Of a stretch of 64,000 nt of DNA, positions 37,021 through 47,570 are shown one piece after another. Numbering within the stretch: the stretch's first letter is position 1; the number at the start of each line of letters is the position of its first letter. The notes beneath the pieces were generated by a model that saw nothing but the letters and a program-made list of their open reading frames with translations, ran no database searches and was not told where the DNA came from. Origin of the DNA: an uncultured delta proteobacterium (lineage in GTDB: Bacteria; Desulfobacterota; RBG-13-43-22); NCBI GenBank assembly GCA_963711835.1, contig CAVQFQ010000021.1, forward strand, positions 256,001 through 320,000, written 5' to 3'. Made by a program: the position numbers and the translations under genes.

Positions 37021-38238
37021 TTATTTTTCTTCCAACTGTTCTATAAACGCTTCGATCTGGGTCTTGGCCTGTTCCTCGGAATAACAGCGCAGGTCATTTA
37101 AATCCCCATTGATGGTCAGAGTCGAAATCCCCAGATTTTTAGCCAGCCGTTCCGGCATGCCGTACCGGGGATTGGAATTATTGGGACAGGTCTTGGCGTC
37201 ATGGAAGAGGATGCCGTCAAATTTAAACAGATCATGGCACTTCTTTATGTACTGTTCCTTAAACGCCTCATCCCGAACGATGAACAGTTCCGTATAGGCC
37301 CGGCCCATGCTTTCAAAGGGTTCGTCCGGATCCAATTGATCGAAGATCCAGCTATTGCAGTAGGTGGAGGCCACCACGCAGGTCTTAAGTGAATTCAAGA
37401 GCTCCGCTAACGATCTCAATTTGCCCCAGATCGGCATGCCTTCCCAGTAGAGACGATGCTTTTCTCCATCAACGGCCGCCAGCCCCTCCTGAACCCGCTG
37501 TTGCAGTTCGGGCAGCAGGGTCCGGTAGTAATCAACCGCCTCCTGGGTACCACGGGCGACCACTGCCGGCCCCATGTGAATGGTGGCGTCAAAAAAAGTC
37601 CAGGGCGAGGGGACGGTTGCCGCTGTCTCTAAGACCGCACGCCAGAGCCGGGAGCAATCCCGCGACAATCGGATCGCCTCTTTAAAGCGATCCATATCGA
37701 ACCGTTGGCCGCTGACTTCTTCAAGCCCGGGGATCAGGCCTTTGATCTGCTCGGCAATGTCCTGGATTTCATATCGGGTAATGCCCCCGATGTTGCAGTA
37801 GGAATGGATTCCGAGTAAGGGCACCTTCAGTTCCCGGGCATACCAGGCAAACCAGTCTTTGACATCCCGGCACTGGTTGGTGTTAAAGACCAGGACATCA
37901 GGCCGGGGCACGGATTGGATGCCGTAGGCTTTCTGGAGAGGGGTGACCTTCTTGAGGTAGGCCCCTACATCACTGGTTAAATAGGAACAGATATCCGGTG
38001 AATAGCCAACGGCATTGGCTACCGGAATGAATTCGGTGGCCATTCGGGTGGCCCCCAGCATGGCCCCGTGGTTTTCCGGAAAATAGACCAGAAAGCCCAT
38101 GCCCCGCAGGAGCTCGGCCGGTCCGACGCTGGTACACCAGGCGATCTTGGGTTTCCCTTCCTTGGCGGCCCGATCCAGATTCAAAAAATGATCGGCCATG
38201 ATCTTTTTCATCAGCTTGGTGGACTGGATGTCTTTCAT
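37021..38238 (-). CDS. 2-hydroxyacyl-CoA dehydratase family subunit
   Basis: FPENHGA, GYSPDICSY, NQC, KTC, TQIEAF.E; start set at MKDIQ. Confidence 0.88.
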   Translation of the reverse strand: MKDIQSTKLMKKIMADHFLNLDRAAKEGKPKIAWCTSVGPAELLRGMGFLVYFPENHGAMLGATRMATEFIPVANAVGYSPDICSYLTSDVGAYLKKVTPLQKAYGIQSVPRPDVLVFNTNQCRDVKDWFAWYARELKVPLLGIHSYCNIGGITRYEIQDIAEQIKGLIPGLEEVSGQRFDMDRFKEAIRLSRDCSRLWRAVLETAATVPSPWTFFDATIHMGPAVVARGTQEAVDYYRTLLPELQQRVQEGLAAVDGEKHRLYWEGMPIWGKLRSLAELLNSLKTCVVASTYCNSWIFDQLDPDEPFESMGRAYTELFIVRDEAFKEQYIKKCHDLFKFDGILFHDAKTCPNNSNPRYGMPERLAKNLGISTLTINGDLNDLRCYSEEQAKTQIEAFIEQLEEK

Positions 38239-38430
38239 GACGATTTCCTTTTTTTCGAAGAGTTCGAGGATCCAAAAAATACCGATCCTGGATGCTGGAT
38301 ACTGGATAAACACCAAAGTCCAGTTTAGAAGAGGGGGTTCAAAGTTTTTATCCAGGATCCAGGATCGGTATTTATCCAGTATCTTTTCCTGAAACAATCC
38401 TCGGCCCCTTGACCCCTTGAATCCGTATTC

Positions 38431-41016
38431 TTATGCCAAAGCCGAAGCCACCAGCTCCGTGATATCCTTTACCTTGATCTTGCCTTTCTTTTCCTTGCGC
38501 AGGCGGGCCGCCCCCTGGGTCAGGTTGCTCTTGCAGGACGGGCAGGATGAAACAATGACCTCGGCCCCCACCTCCAGGGCCTGCAGGACCCGGTTGTAGG
38601 CGATGTCCTGGCTGAGCTGGTTGTCAAAACCTTTAACCCCGCCGCCGCTCCCACAGCACTTGGCCAGAAGGCGGTTCAGCTTGAATTCTGTGAGTTCTAC
38701 GCCGGGAAGCTGTTTCAAGAGCTGGCGCGGCTCTTCGAAGATATTCATGTGTCGGCCCAGATCGCAGGGATCGTGATAGGCCACTTTCTGCCCGCCATTG
38801 CCTCCTTTCAAGGGAAGCCTGCCCTGGCTGATCAATTCATTGAGATAAGTGGTCACATGGTGGACCTTTATCCCTGAGCTGCCTCCGTAGGCCGGATACA
38901 GTTTGGCCAGGGTTCTAAAACAGCCCGGACAACTGGTGACGATTTCCTTTACCCCGAGCTCGGCAAATTTCTTGGTGTTGGCGCTGACGCAGGTCCTGAA
39001 ATCATTTTCCAGACCGATCAGATAGCTCAAGTAGCCGCAGCAGTCTTCTTCCTGGCCCAGTGTGGTATAGGAAATGCCCGCTTTGTCCAGAATGGTCATC
39101 AGGTTGGGGATCATGTTGATATCCTGATAGGAGGCCACGCAGCCGGCAAAGAGAAGGACTTCGGCCCCTTTTTGTCCCTGTTTGAAACCTTCCGGAAAGA
39201 CATCGGTCCGTTTTCCCCGGGGTTCCCCAAAGGGATTGCCGTACTGGACGATGCTCCTGCTGCTGCTTTGAAACACCTCGGGCAAAAAGCCGCTTTCCAC
39301 CAATCGTTTTCGAGCGGCCTGAACCACATCGGAAACCTCGACCCGGGAAGGGCAGGTGTATTTGCAGTTCAAGCAGGTGGTGCACTGATAGAAACGCTCG
39401 GCCAACTCGGCTGAAGGCTGGAGGCGACCGCTCATCAGGTTGAAGGCCAGCAGGACCCGGCCCCGGGCATTCATGGCTTCGAGATGACTTTGGGCATAGG
39501 TGGGGCAACCGGCCCGGCAAAAACCGCACTGGATACAGGCCAGGATCTCATTGTCCACCTTGTCACCCAGGCTCCGGATGTCTTCCGGGGTTTCAAGAAG
39601 GTGGCGGAAGGCAAACTTGTCATAAATGTCTTCGATACTATCGGAAAAACCCATTTTCCCCGGATTCAGGATATTGTCCGGATCAAGGGTCTTCTTAATC
39701 TTTTCCATTACCTCGAGGGAAGCTCCCAGTTCTTCTTTGATGAAAGGGGACTTGGCCAGCCCCAAACCGTGCTCGGCGGTCAGGGTTCCTTTATACTTGA
39801 GTGTCAGCGCTACGAAATCCTTGGCAATCTTGCGCAGGGTCTCCCACTCCTCTTTTTTGCGGATGTCCATGAGAAGTACGGCATGGAGGTTGCCGTCCCC
39901 GATATGACCGAAGGTGGCAATCTGGGAATGGAATTTTTTCCCGATATCCTGGATTTCATGGATGACGTTTTTGATCTGGCTGATAGGCATGCCAAAATCT
40001 TCCACAATGGGGATCTGGCGGTATCCCGGTTTGACCCTCGAGAGGGAAGGCACCAGTCCCTGCCTGGCCGACCACATGACCAACCTTTTGGCCGGGTCAT
40101 CGGACCATTCATTTCCCAGACCCCCAAATTCCTGGCAGATGGCATCGATTTGGGTGATATAATCCTGTACCGCCGCCTTATGCCCATCAATTTCTATAAA
40201 GAGGATGCACTTGACTTCCGGCGGAATCTCCAGGTTCATGGCCTTTTTGACCACTTCAATGGACATCTCATCCAGGATTTCACAGGAAGACAAGGGGATG
40301 CCTGAGGTCAAGATTTTCTCCACGGCATTTCCGGCTGATTCCACGGATGGGAAAGAAGCCTTAGCGAAGGCAATATAAGCCGGTTTGGGTAAAATCTTAA
40401 GTGTGGCGGAGGTAATGATTCCCAGGGTCCCTTCGGATGTGGAGAAGAGCCGGGTAAGGTCATAACCGGCGGAACTTTTCGGCGCCAGGGTTCCGGTTTT
40501 GATCACCTGGCCATCCGCCAGAACGACCTCCAATCCTTTGACGTAATCCCGGGTAGTGCCGTATTTGACCGCCCGGACCCCGCTGGCGTTGCAGGCGATC
40601 ATGCCTCCAATGGTGCAGATAGGAGCGCTGCCCGGGTCAGGGGGGAAAAAGTGGGTTGGTTCAAGCCGAGCATTCAGGGCGTTGCAGACGATCCCCGGCT
40701 CAACAATGACGTAACCGTCGTTCTTATTGATCTCCTTGATCTGGTTCATCCCGGAGAGGTCCAGCAGGATCCCGCCCTTGGCGGGCAGAACCGCACCGGT
40801 TACGCTGGTGCCGGCTCCCCGGGCCACCAGGGGAATTTTGTAGGCCGCCGCTATCTTGACTATGCCGACTACTTCTTCGGTAGTGTTAGCAAAAACAATT
40901 ACATCCGGAATACCCTCGTGGACGGACATATCCCGGGAAAAACTCATACAGTCTATGGTTCCGGTATGAACATTTCCTTCTCCAGCCACCTGTTTCAATT
41001 CATCGATATATCCCAT
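38431..41016 (-). CDS. FAD-linked 2-hydroxyacid oxidoreductase (GlcD/LctD-like) fused to 4Fe-4S and CCG (GlcF/HdrD-like) domains
   Basis: RGAGTS.TG, PPDPGS, GHIGDGNLH, EHG.G, LNPGK; CIQCGFC...C, CTTCLNC...C, two CCG motifs, YHDPC. Confidence 0.9.
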   Translation of the reverse strand: MGYIDELKQVAGEGNVHTGTIDCMSFSRDMSVHEGIPDVIVFANTTEEVVGIVKIAAAYKIPLVARGAGTSVTGAVLPAKGGILLDLSGMNQIKEINKNDGYVIVEPGIVCNALNARLEPTHFFPPDPGSAPICTIGGMIACNASGVRAVKYGTTRDYVKGLEVVLADGQVIKTGTLAPKSSAGYDLTRLFSTSEGTLGIITSATLKILPKPAYIAFAKASFPSVESAGNAVEKILTSGIPLSSCEILDEMSIEVVKKAMNLEIPPEVKCILFIEIDGHKAAVQDYITQIDAICQEFGGLGNEWSDDPAKRLVMWSARQGLVPSLSRVKPGYRQIPIVEDFGMPISQIKNVIHEIQDIGKKFHSQIATFGHIGDGNLHAVLLMDIRKKEEWETLRKIAKDFVALTLKYKGTLTAEHGLGLAKSPFIKEELGASLEVMEKIKKTLDPDNILNPGKMGFSDSIEDIYDKFAFRHLLETPEDIRSLGDKVDNEILACIQCGFCRAGCPTYAQSHLEAMNARGRVLLAFNLMSGRLQPSAELAERFYQCTTCLNCKYTCPSRVEVSDVVQAARKRLVESGFLPEVFQSSSRSIVQYGNPFGEPRGKRTDVFPEGFKQGQKGAEVLLFAGCVASYQDINMIPNLMTILDKAGISYTTLGQEEDCCGYLSYLIGLENDFRTCVSANTKKFAELGVKEIVTSCPGCFRTLAKLYPAYGGSSGIKVHHVTTYLNELISQGRLPLKGGNGGQKVAYHDPCDLGRHMNIFEEPRQLLKQLPGVELTEFKLNRLLAKCCGSGGGVKGFDNQLSQDIAYNRVLQALEVGAEVIVSSCPSCKSNLTQGAARLRKEKKGKIKVKDITELVASALA

Positions 41017-41190
41017 AATAAGACTCCTTTTGAATAGTGCGTTAAGACGCAAGGCGAAAAAACCAAGATGGATTGGGTTTACTGTTTGCTGGGTCTGTTT
41101 TCATCCTCGCTAATCTCCCGAGTTGAGAATAGGCTACCATTTTAGGCATCTCCCTTACCCTTTACGCCTTACGCCTTGCGACTGTCGTTG

Positions 41191-41622
41191 TTATTTATTA
41201 ATTAAATCCTTGACCCGGGCTATTTCGGTTTCAATAAAAGGTTTGATATCCGAACCCGGCACCAGGTTTTGTTTTTCCCCTTCCGAATCTTCCGGAGCGA
41301 TCTTACAGATCCAGCCCTTTTCGTAGGGCGAGGAATTAATCAATTCCGGTTCATCTTCCAGGGCTTCATTGACTGCGGTCACTTCGCCGGAAAACACGGC
41401 ATAGATGCGGCCGACCCATTTCCCGGACTCCATCGATCCAATCGGTTTGCCTTGCGTTACCTTTTGTCCTTTTTCCGGCATTTCCACATAACCGATGTCG
41501 CCGGCCAGCTTCTGGGCAAAGTCGGTGGTACCCATGACGACCGTATCTCCCTCCAGCCGACCCCAAAAATGATTTTTATCATACCACAAATCATCCGGAA
41601 AAACGTAGCCTTCAATTTCCAT
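41191..41622 (-). CDS. GcvH-like lipoyl-carrier protein
   Basis: PDDLWY...H.W, GTTDFAQ..G, ESGKWVG (lipoyl Lys), SPYEKGW. Confidence 0.88.
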   Translation of the reverse strand: MEIEGYVFPDDLWYDKNHFWGRLEGDTVVMGTTDFAQKLAGDIGYVEMPEKGQKVTQGKPIGSMESGKWVGRIYAVFSGEVTAVNEALEDEPELINSSPYEKGWICKIAPEDSEGEKQNLVPGSDIKPFIETEIARVKDLINK

Positions 41623-41624
41623 AC

Positions 41625-42506
41625 TCAGGCCTCCCTTTCAAATTGTTTTAGAAATTCCTTGTCTTTTACCCGGTTTAGTTTAAAGCCCAGGGCCTCGGGG
41701 CTGAAACCCATAGCCAGGCCCAGGAGCTGGGGATAGTAGAGCACCGGGACCTTCAGCTTCTGCTCCAGTTTTTTTTCAACCTTTTTTTGCTGCCCTTCGT
41801 ACATAACGTTGCAGAAAGGGCAGATCAAAACCAGACCATTTCCACCCAGGGTGTTAATCTCCGCCAATTTCTGCCCGGCCAGGGTATTGGCCAGCTCTTC
41901 CTTGGCCCCCAGGATGCTGCCCCCGCAGCAATTCAGGAGTGTATCATAGAGCAAGGTCGTTGCTCCGGTAGCCTCAATCAGTTCCGATAAGGATCGGGGA
42001 TTTTCCACCGGGTCGATCCCGCCGGTCGCCTCGGCCGGTTTGATGTAGTGGCAGCCGTAATGAGGTGCAAAACGAAATCCGGTCAGGGGCTGGGTCACTT
42101 TCGATTTGATTTTCTCAAGCCCGACTTCCTCATAGAGGATACGAATAAAATGTTTGACCTGGATCGTTCCCTGGTAACTCAGTCCGATTTTCTGAAGCTC
42201 GCTGTTGACCCGGCTTCGCAGCTCCGGGTTGTGCGTCAGGAGGTGGTTGGCCTCGCTTAAGGAACCGCTGCAGGCGCTGCATAAGGTACAAATAGACAAG
42301 CCCTCTTTTTCAGCCAGAGCCATATTCCTGGCGGCAATGACCAGGGAATCCAGAACGCTCAGGGATTTTATGGGAAAGCCGCAGCACTGGAACGCTTCCA
42401 GGTCTACCAGCTCTATCCCGAACCCGGCAGCCACCAGACGAGCCGAAAGTTCGTAATTTAAATTACGGACCGGAACGGTACAGCCTAAAAAGAAAGCGTA
42501 TTTCAT
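41625..42506 (-). CDS. hdrB: Heterodisulfide reductase subunit B-like
   Basis: FLGC, CCG, CSAC, HYGCH, CCG, CPFC, PQLLGLAMG. Confidence 0.92.
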   Translation of the reverse strand: MKYAFFLGCTVPVRNLNYELSARLVAAGFGIELVDLEAFQCCGFPIKSLSVLDSLVIAARNMALAEKEGLSICTLCSACSGSLSEANHLLTHNPELRSRVNSELQKIGLSYQGTIQVKHFIRILYEEVGLEKIKSKVTQPLTGFRFAPHYGCHYIKPAEATGGIDPVENPRSLSELIEATGATTLLYDTLLNCCGGSILGAKEELANTLAGQKLAEINTLGGNGLVLICPFCNVMYEGQQKKVEKKLEQKLKVPVLYYPQLLGLAMGFSPEALGFKLNRVKDKEFLKQFEREA

Positions 42507-42514
42507 TTTAGTTT

Positions 42515-42985
42515 CTAAGGAGTCAAGAGCTTTTTATAATCCCCAGGGTCGCTTTTTATTGTAGGCAGACCCAGTTCTTGACGCTTTTCATTTTCGAAGT
42601 CGCCGACTTCGTACATCCTGCCCTGCCGGCAGAGCAGATTCTGGGCCGCACCCATGCCCGCCGGGGCCAATCCCTTCCGAACCGCCATATTGCGCAGGGC
42701 AAAAATGACCTCGGTGAAATTAACCCCCTGGGGGCAGCTTTCCTGGCAGGTATAACAGGTCGAACAGTGCCAGAGGAATTCCTCCTTTAAAAGCGCCTCT
42801 TCCATCCCTAACAGGATCATGCGGATGATCTTCCGGGGATTGTATTCAGGTTCAATCTTTTCAATAGGGCACCTGGCCGAGCAGACCCCGCAAGCGTAAC
42901 AGGTGCGGATATGCTCCCCGCCCAGTTCCTGAGCTACCCGGTGTTTAAAATCCGGATCCAATTTTTTCAGATCAATGCGTTCCAT
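42515..42985 (-). CDS. hdrC: Heterodisulfide reductase subunit C-like
   Basis: CYACGVCSARCP, NPRKIIR, WHCSTCYTCQESCP. Confidence 0.92.
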   Translation of the reverse strand: MERIDLKKLDPDFKHRVAQELGGEHIRTCYACGVCSARCPIEKIEPEYNPRKIIRMILLGMEEALLKEEFLWHCSTCYTCQESCPQGVNFTEVIFALRNMAVRKGLAPAGMGAAQNLLCRQGRMYEVGDFENEKRQELGLPTIKSDPGDYKKLLTP

Positions 42986-43050
42986 AGTTCAAAAAGATCA
43001 ATGTTCTCCTGAAGGCCGGTTAAAGCCAGCCACTGCGGTTACCTGCACTA

Positions 43051-44707
43051 TTAAAGCTCTCTTATTTGTTTCCTAAAATCCGTTAGTACGTCTTTCAAAA
43101 CCCAAACCCTATTGCTGGAGAGGGTCTCGAAACGCACCCTTTGGGGATCTATCCCCGCCTCCTCCAGATAATCTTGGGCCTCGGCGATACGCTCCCGGGC
43201 ATAGGTATTCCCATGCCGGGAACGACAATTTTCTTCGGGACAGGCCAGAACCAGCACCCCGTCGGCACCAATGGATAGCGCCTTGAGGAGATGATCAGGA
43301 TCTATCTTTCCTGCACAGGGCAAGCCAGATGAATTCCACCTGGCTATCAGCTATCAGCTTTGAGCTATGTGCTTCTTCCCAGGCCACCCCGGCCGACCGC
43401 CGGCAGCCGAAAACGATGAACTTGGGATCACCGGCTGCCTCCTTTTCCCACAGGGCGCTTATGTCAGCCAGGCGGTTTTCCACTTCCGGATCGGAATAAC
43501 CGGCGATCTGAATGGCATCCATAGGGCATTCCCCGGCGCAGATGCCGCAGCGCCGACAGGCCAGAGGATGGATAAAAACCCGATGGGTCCAGCCGATGGC
43601 CTGATGGGGGCAGAAACGCAGGCAGGTCAGACAAACGGTGCAAAGCCCCTTATCAACCCATACCTCGCGGTCCATGGGTTCCAAGGGATGGCCCTGGAAA
43701 AACTGATGGACGGCCAGGGCCGCTCCCCGGCCTTCTTCGATAGCGGCTGAGGCCATCTGAGGACCCTTAGCCGCTCCGGCGGCAAAGATCCCGGTCCTTT
43801 GCAGCCCATAGGGCCAGAAGTGAACATTTCCCGGCTGCAGGTAACCGGAGCGGTCCAGTCCCAATTGCGCCGAGTGCGCCAGGGACTGCATTTCAGCGGG
43901 GAGGGTATGCCCGGAATCGATGACCAGCAGGTCCGGTGTTAATTCAAAGGGCTGTCCCAACAGAGGATCCCTGAATTGAAGGGTGACCTGATCCCCGTTT
44001 TGAACAAATTCCGGCCTTTCGTTGTCAAATTTAAAAAAAACTACCCCGGCATCTCGGCATTCCTGATAAAGCCTCTCCAGTCCCTCCTCGGCCACTTTAA
44101 TGTTGCCGGAAAAAAAATAAACCTGAGCTTCCAACCTGTTCCGGATGGCTATCGCCGCTTCCAAAGCCTGGGCCATGTCGGCAACTCCCCCGGAGCCGGT
44201 CAGCCCGACCAGAAAGGCCGCATACGAATGGGATTTCAACGAAGCAACAACTCCGGGAGCGGCCGGGAGGGAACTTAATTCCTCAACGAGGCGATCAAGG
44301 CTTATGGTCTGCCTGGAAGAAGCCGGAAGGCAGGTAGAACATTTTTGTTCCGGAACCAACTCCGGCGCCAGGATAATCGCCCCAACGGATTCGTTCCATT
44401 CTTTTTGGATGGATGTTAATCGAACCTGGAAATCCCCGGCAAAGCCATCAACCGCATTGACCCGGGTTTCGGGAAAAAAAGAAAACTGGCCATGGGCTCC
44501 CAGCCGTTCCGCCAAATTCCGGGCGTAATCCGGCAGCTCCCGATCTCCCGGGAGCAAGGAATTTACCTTCTCCATGTCCATCTCCGGACAAGCTAATAAA
44601 ACCTCATACCCGAAATGGATCAACTGGGAGGCGGCTTCCAGGGCCGTCAGCCCTCCGCCGACGGTTAACACCCGGGGCCTTTTTTGAAATTCCTGGAGGG
44701 GAATCAC
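43051..44707 (-). CDS. HdrA-like flavoprotein/ferredoxin-MvhD fusion, frameshifted near 43320
   Basis: VGGGLTAL, two 4Fe-4S motifs, then PCAGKID...GADGVLVLAC...C...GN; GTG start overlaps upstream stop. Confidence 0.78.
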
Positions 44708-45772
44708 GCCGGATCTCCCTCCTTTAAAAATTGCAGTACCTCTTCGGCCGCCTGCTGGGCCTGAGAGACCGACCTGGCAATGCTTTTGGGACCGCAAACG
44801 GTCCCGGCCATGAAAACCCCTTGGGCAGACGCAAGCGAAAACGAGGACCCGTTCCGGCCTAAGAATCCATCGGCCGTCAATGGGAGATTGAATAGTTGAC
44901 TTAAACCGATTAGGTCTGCTCCCGGCATTAAACCGATCGAAAGGACCACCAGATCAAAGGCTTCTTTTTGACTCGGCCGGCCGTCATCCTGCTGATAGGT
45001 CAGGATGAGTCGATCGTTGTCTCCTCCTTGAACATCTCCCGGGATGGCCCGGATAAATCGTAATTGCTGTCGGGCTTCTTCCAGAAACATGGAAAAATCT
45101 TTTCCAAAATTCTGAATGTCCATATAAAAGATCAGTGATCTCCGTTTCCGGCTTTTTGTATTTGAGAAGTGTTGCCATACGCAAGGCATACCCGCAACAT
45201 ACCTGGGAGCAAAAGGGATGTCCCAGATGCAGATCGCGGCTGCCGACACACTGAATAAAAGCGATGGACTTGGGCGGGGTTTGATCGGATGGCTTGAGGA
45301 TACTCCCGGTTTCTTTGAGCTGTCTTTCCAGGTCCAAACCGGTGACTACGTTGGGAAGGTTTCCATAACGATACTGAGGTTTGTCTTCTGCCCTGAAGGG
45401 GGTAAAACCGGTGGCCAGGACCAGGGCCTCGGCCCTGCCCTCCCCGGCCCCTCCAGGGCCGCTAAAGGTGTAGAGGAAATCCTTTTGCTCCTTTTTTATT
45501 TCCTTGAGTTCCGTTTCAAGGTGGATCTGTATCCGAGGCGTCTCACCCGGTCCTGCCAAAGCCAGTGATCTGAGGGTATCATTTAGAAGGCAGGCCCCGC
45601 ACTGCTGACAGGCTTTGGTGGCTTTACAACAAAAATTGCGGACCATCCCGCCTAAGATCGGAGATTTTTCAATCAGGTCAACGGAAATATTCAGGCGGTT
45701 CAAGGCCAGGGCCGCTGTCAGGCCGGCAATGCCGCCGCCGAGGATTAATACGTTGGGGTTACTTGAGGTCAA
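44704..45772 (-). CDS. hdrA: Short HdrA-like FAD protein, frameshifted near 45130
   Basis: GGGIAG, CKAT..CQQCGAC, FIQCVGSRD, CSQVCC, YMDIQ, DLVVLS.G. Confidence 0.8.
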
Positions 45773-46648
45773 AGCAGTTCCCCTATCCGTTCCTCCGCCC
45801 CTCTGAGCAGGAGGTGGATTCCCCGAAAACGGCCGTCTTCCCTGACCGCCCGGATTACTCCTGCCGCCATCTCCAGGGAACGAGAGAGCATCTTCTCCTC
45901 TTCCAAGGTCCTAAATTCGTCAAGAACAGCCGGGGGAACGACCAGGCCCGGCAGGCGTCCCTTTAGGGGGCCGGCAAAATCCTTGGGCTTGAAAAGGCGG
46001 ATCGTGGCCAGCAGGGGTTTCCCCGGTTTCTGCAATGATGGACAGGAATTCCCCAATGCCTTCCAGATCGAAGAGAGGATGGGTAATGAAAAAATCAGCC
46101 CCGGCCGCTATCTTCTTATGGAACTTGAGGACCTGGGGTCCCAGGGGATCTGTTTTTAAAGGCACCAAAGCCCCGGCCGTAAATTGGGGCAGCCTTCCTT
46201 CCAGAGGTTTTCCCATGAGATTCGTTCCGGCCTTGAATTGGGAAATAGCTTGCAATAGTTGAATGGAATCGAGATCGAAGACCGGCTTGGCCTGGGGGTG
46301 ATCTCCCCAGGAGAGGTAATCGCCGGTAAGGGCCAGGATATTGGAAATACCCAGGACGGCGGCACCCAGGAGGTCGGACTGCAAGGCCAGACGATTTCGG
46401 TCCCGGCAGGTCAGGGTCATAATGGGTTCAAGCCCTTGATCCAGGAGGTATCGGCTGAAGGCCAGGGGCGACATATGCAGTTTGGCCTGATGGTTGTCCG
46501 GGACAACCGCCGCTTGAACTTTCCCCTTAAGAAAGGCGATTTTATCGTCCTTAAGGGAAGGATCCGCACTGTGGGGCGGGTCCAGTTCACAAAGAATGAT
46601 AAAGCGGTCCGAGGCCAAGGTCTGGGAGAAACTACTGGGTTCCGGCAT
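45769..46648 (-). CDS. metF: Methylenetetrahydrofolate reductase, frameshifted near 46050
   Basis: TCRDRNRLALQSDLLGA, LTGD, KPVFDLDS, KKIAAGADF. Confidence 0.85.
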
Positions 46649-47315
46649 GATACCTCCGCAGGTAGGCTCTATGGGTTACCTTCCCGGGCCGGGTCTGCCG
46701 GCTGTAGTCGGCCGGAGGAAGGATGCCCTGGATATTTTCCAGTCTGTTTTCTTCTGCCAAACGGTCATAGATCATAACCCAGGCACAGGGCCGGTCCGGA
46801 TCCACCTCGCATTTTCCGCCGGCCATGCCTCCGCAGGGACCGTTGTTGAGTCCTTTGGTGCACATCGTTCTGGGACAGATGCCGCCGGTCAATGACAGGA
46901 CGCAATCCCCGCAGGCCCGGCAGCGCTCGGTCCACATACCGGCCGCTTCGGTCACACCGATAAAGGTGGTGTTTACACCGGCATAGACCGGTTTGTCGGG
47001 ATAGGCTTCGGCTAAGAATTGGATGCCGGCTCCACAGGCTAGCGACAAGAGGGCGTCGTACTCTCCGACCTGTTGGCGAATCATTTCCAGAAATTCCCGG
47101 TCGCATTGCCGCTCCAGGGTTACTTCGGAAATCTTCACTTCTTTCTTGTCGAGTCGAAAATTCATCCGCAGTTGGCTGGCCAGGAGACCCACTTCCTTCT
47201 TGCCGCCGGCCAGGCAGACGGCCACACAGGTCCCGCAGCCGACGACCAAAATGTTTTGGTAGGGGGCCAGGAATTTTTTGATCTCTTCAAAGGGTTTTCG
47301 TTGGGCAACGATCAT
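46632..47315 (-). CDS. metV: MetV (MTHFR Fe-S/Zn small subunit)
   Basis: GCGTCVAVC, RQC, ACGAG, CRACGDC, CTKGL.NGPCGG, CEV...CAW. Confidence 0.9.
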   Translation of the reverse strand: MIVAQRKPFEEIKKFLAPYQNILVVGCGTCVAVCLAGGKKEVGLLASQLRMNFRLDKKEVKISEVTLERQCDREFLEMIRQQVGEYDALLSLACGAGIQFLAEAYPDKPVYAGVNTTFIGVTEAAGMWTERCRACGDCVLSLTGGICPRTMCTKGLNNGPCGGMAGGKCEVDPDRPCAWVMIYDRLAEENRLENIQGILPPADYSRQTRPGKVTHRAYLRRYHAGTQ

Positions 47316-47429
47316 AAAAATCACCTATGAATCCGAAATTCAAAGTTCAAAGTGCAAAATGCAAAATGATAAAATTCCGAAATAACCCTTTCCCTAATTT
47401 TGCACTTTGCATTTTTCATTTTACATTTT

Positions 47430-47563
47430 GATGGACTCGTAAAAAGTCATCAAAGCCGTCACCCCGGCGAAAGCCGGGGTCCAGAAGTGCTTGAGTTTCC
47501 TGGATTCCGGCTTCCGCCGGAATGACTCAGGGTAGATGATTTTAACTTTTTACGAACTTGTCA
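47430..47563. repeat. REP-like doublet inside a short TIR shell
   Basis: GATGGACTCGTAAAAAGT...ACTTTTTACGAACTTGTC enclosing GTCACCCCGGCGAAAGCCGGGGTCCAG...CTGGATTCCGGCTTCCGCCGGAATGAC. Confidence 0.75.
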
Positions 47564-47570
47564 TTTTGAA

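Noticed and set aside
38239-38397. N-terminal extension of the dehydratase ORF
   Set aside because: Encoded by the heptamer inverted repeat; a better start with RBS exists at 38238.
41191-41622. Calling the cluster a sulfur-oxidising sHdr/LbpA system or a glycine cleavage operon
   Set aside because: No tusA, dsrE or rhodanese genes, no terminal Cys pair as in LbpA, and no gcvP/T in the window.
43051-46648. Programmed frameshifting in hdrA-like genes and metF
   Set aside because: No consistent slippery site plus stimulator seen; ispE shows similar single indels, so error is more likely.
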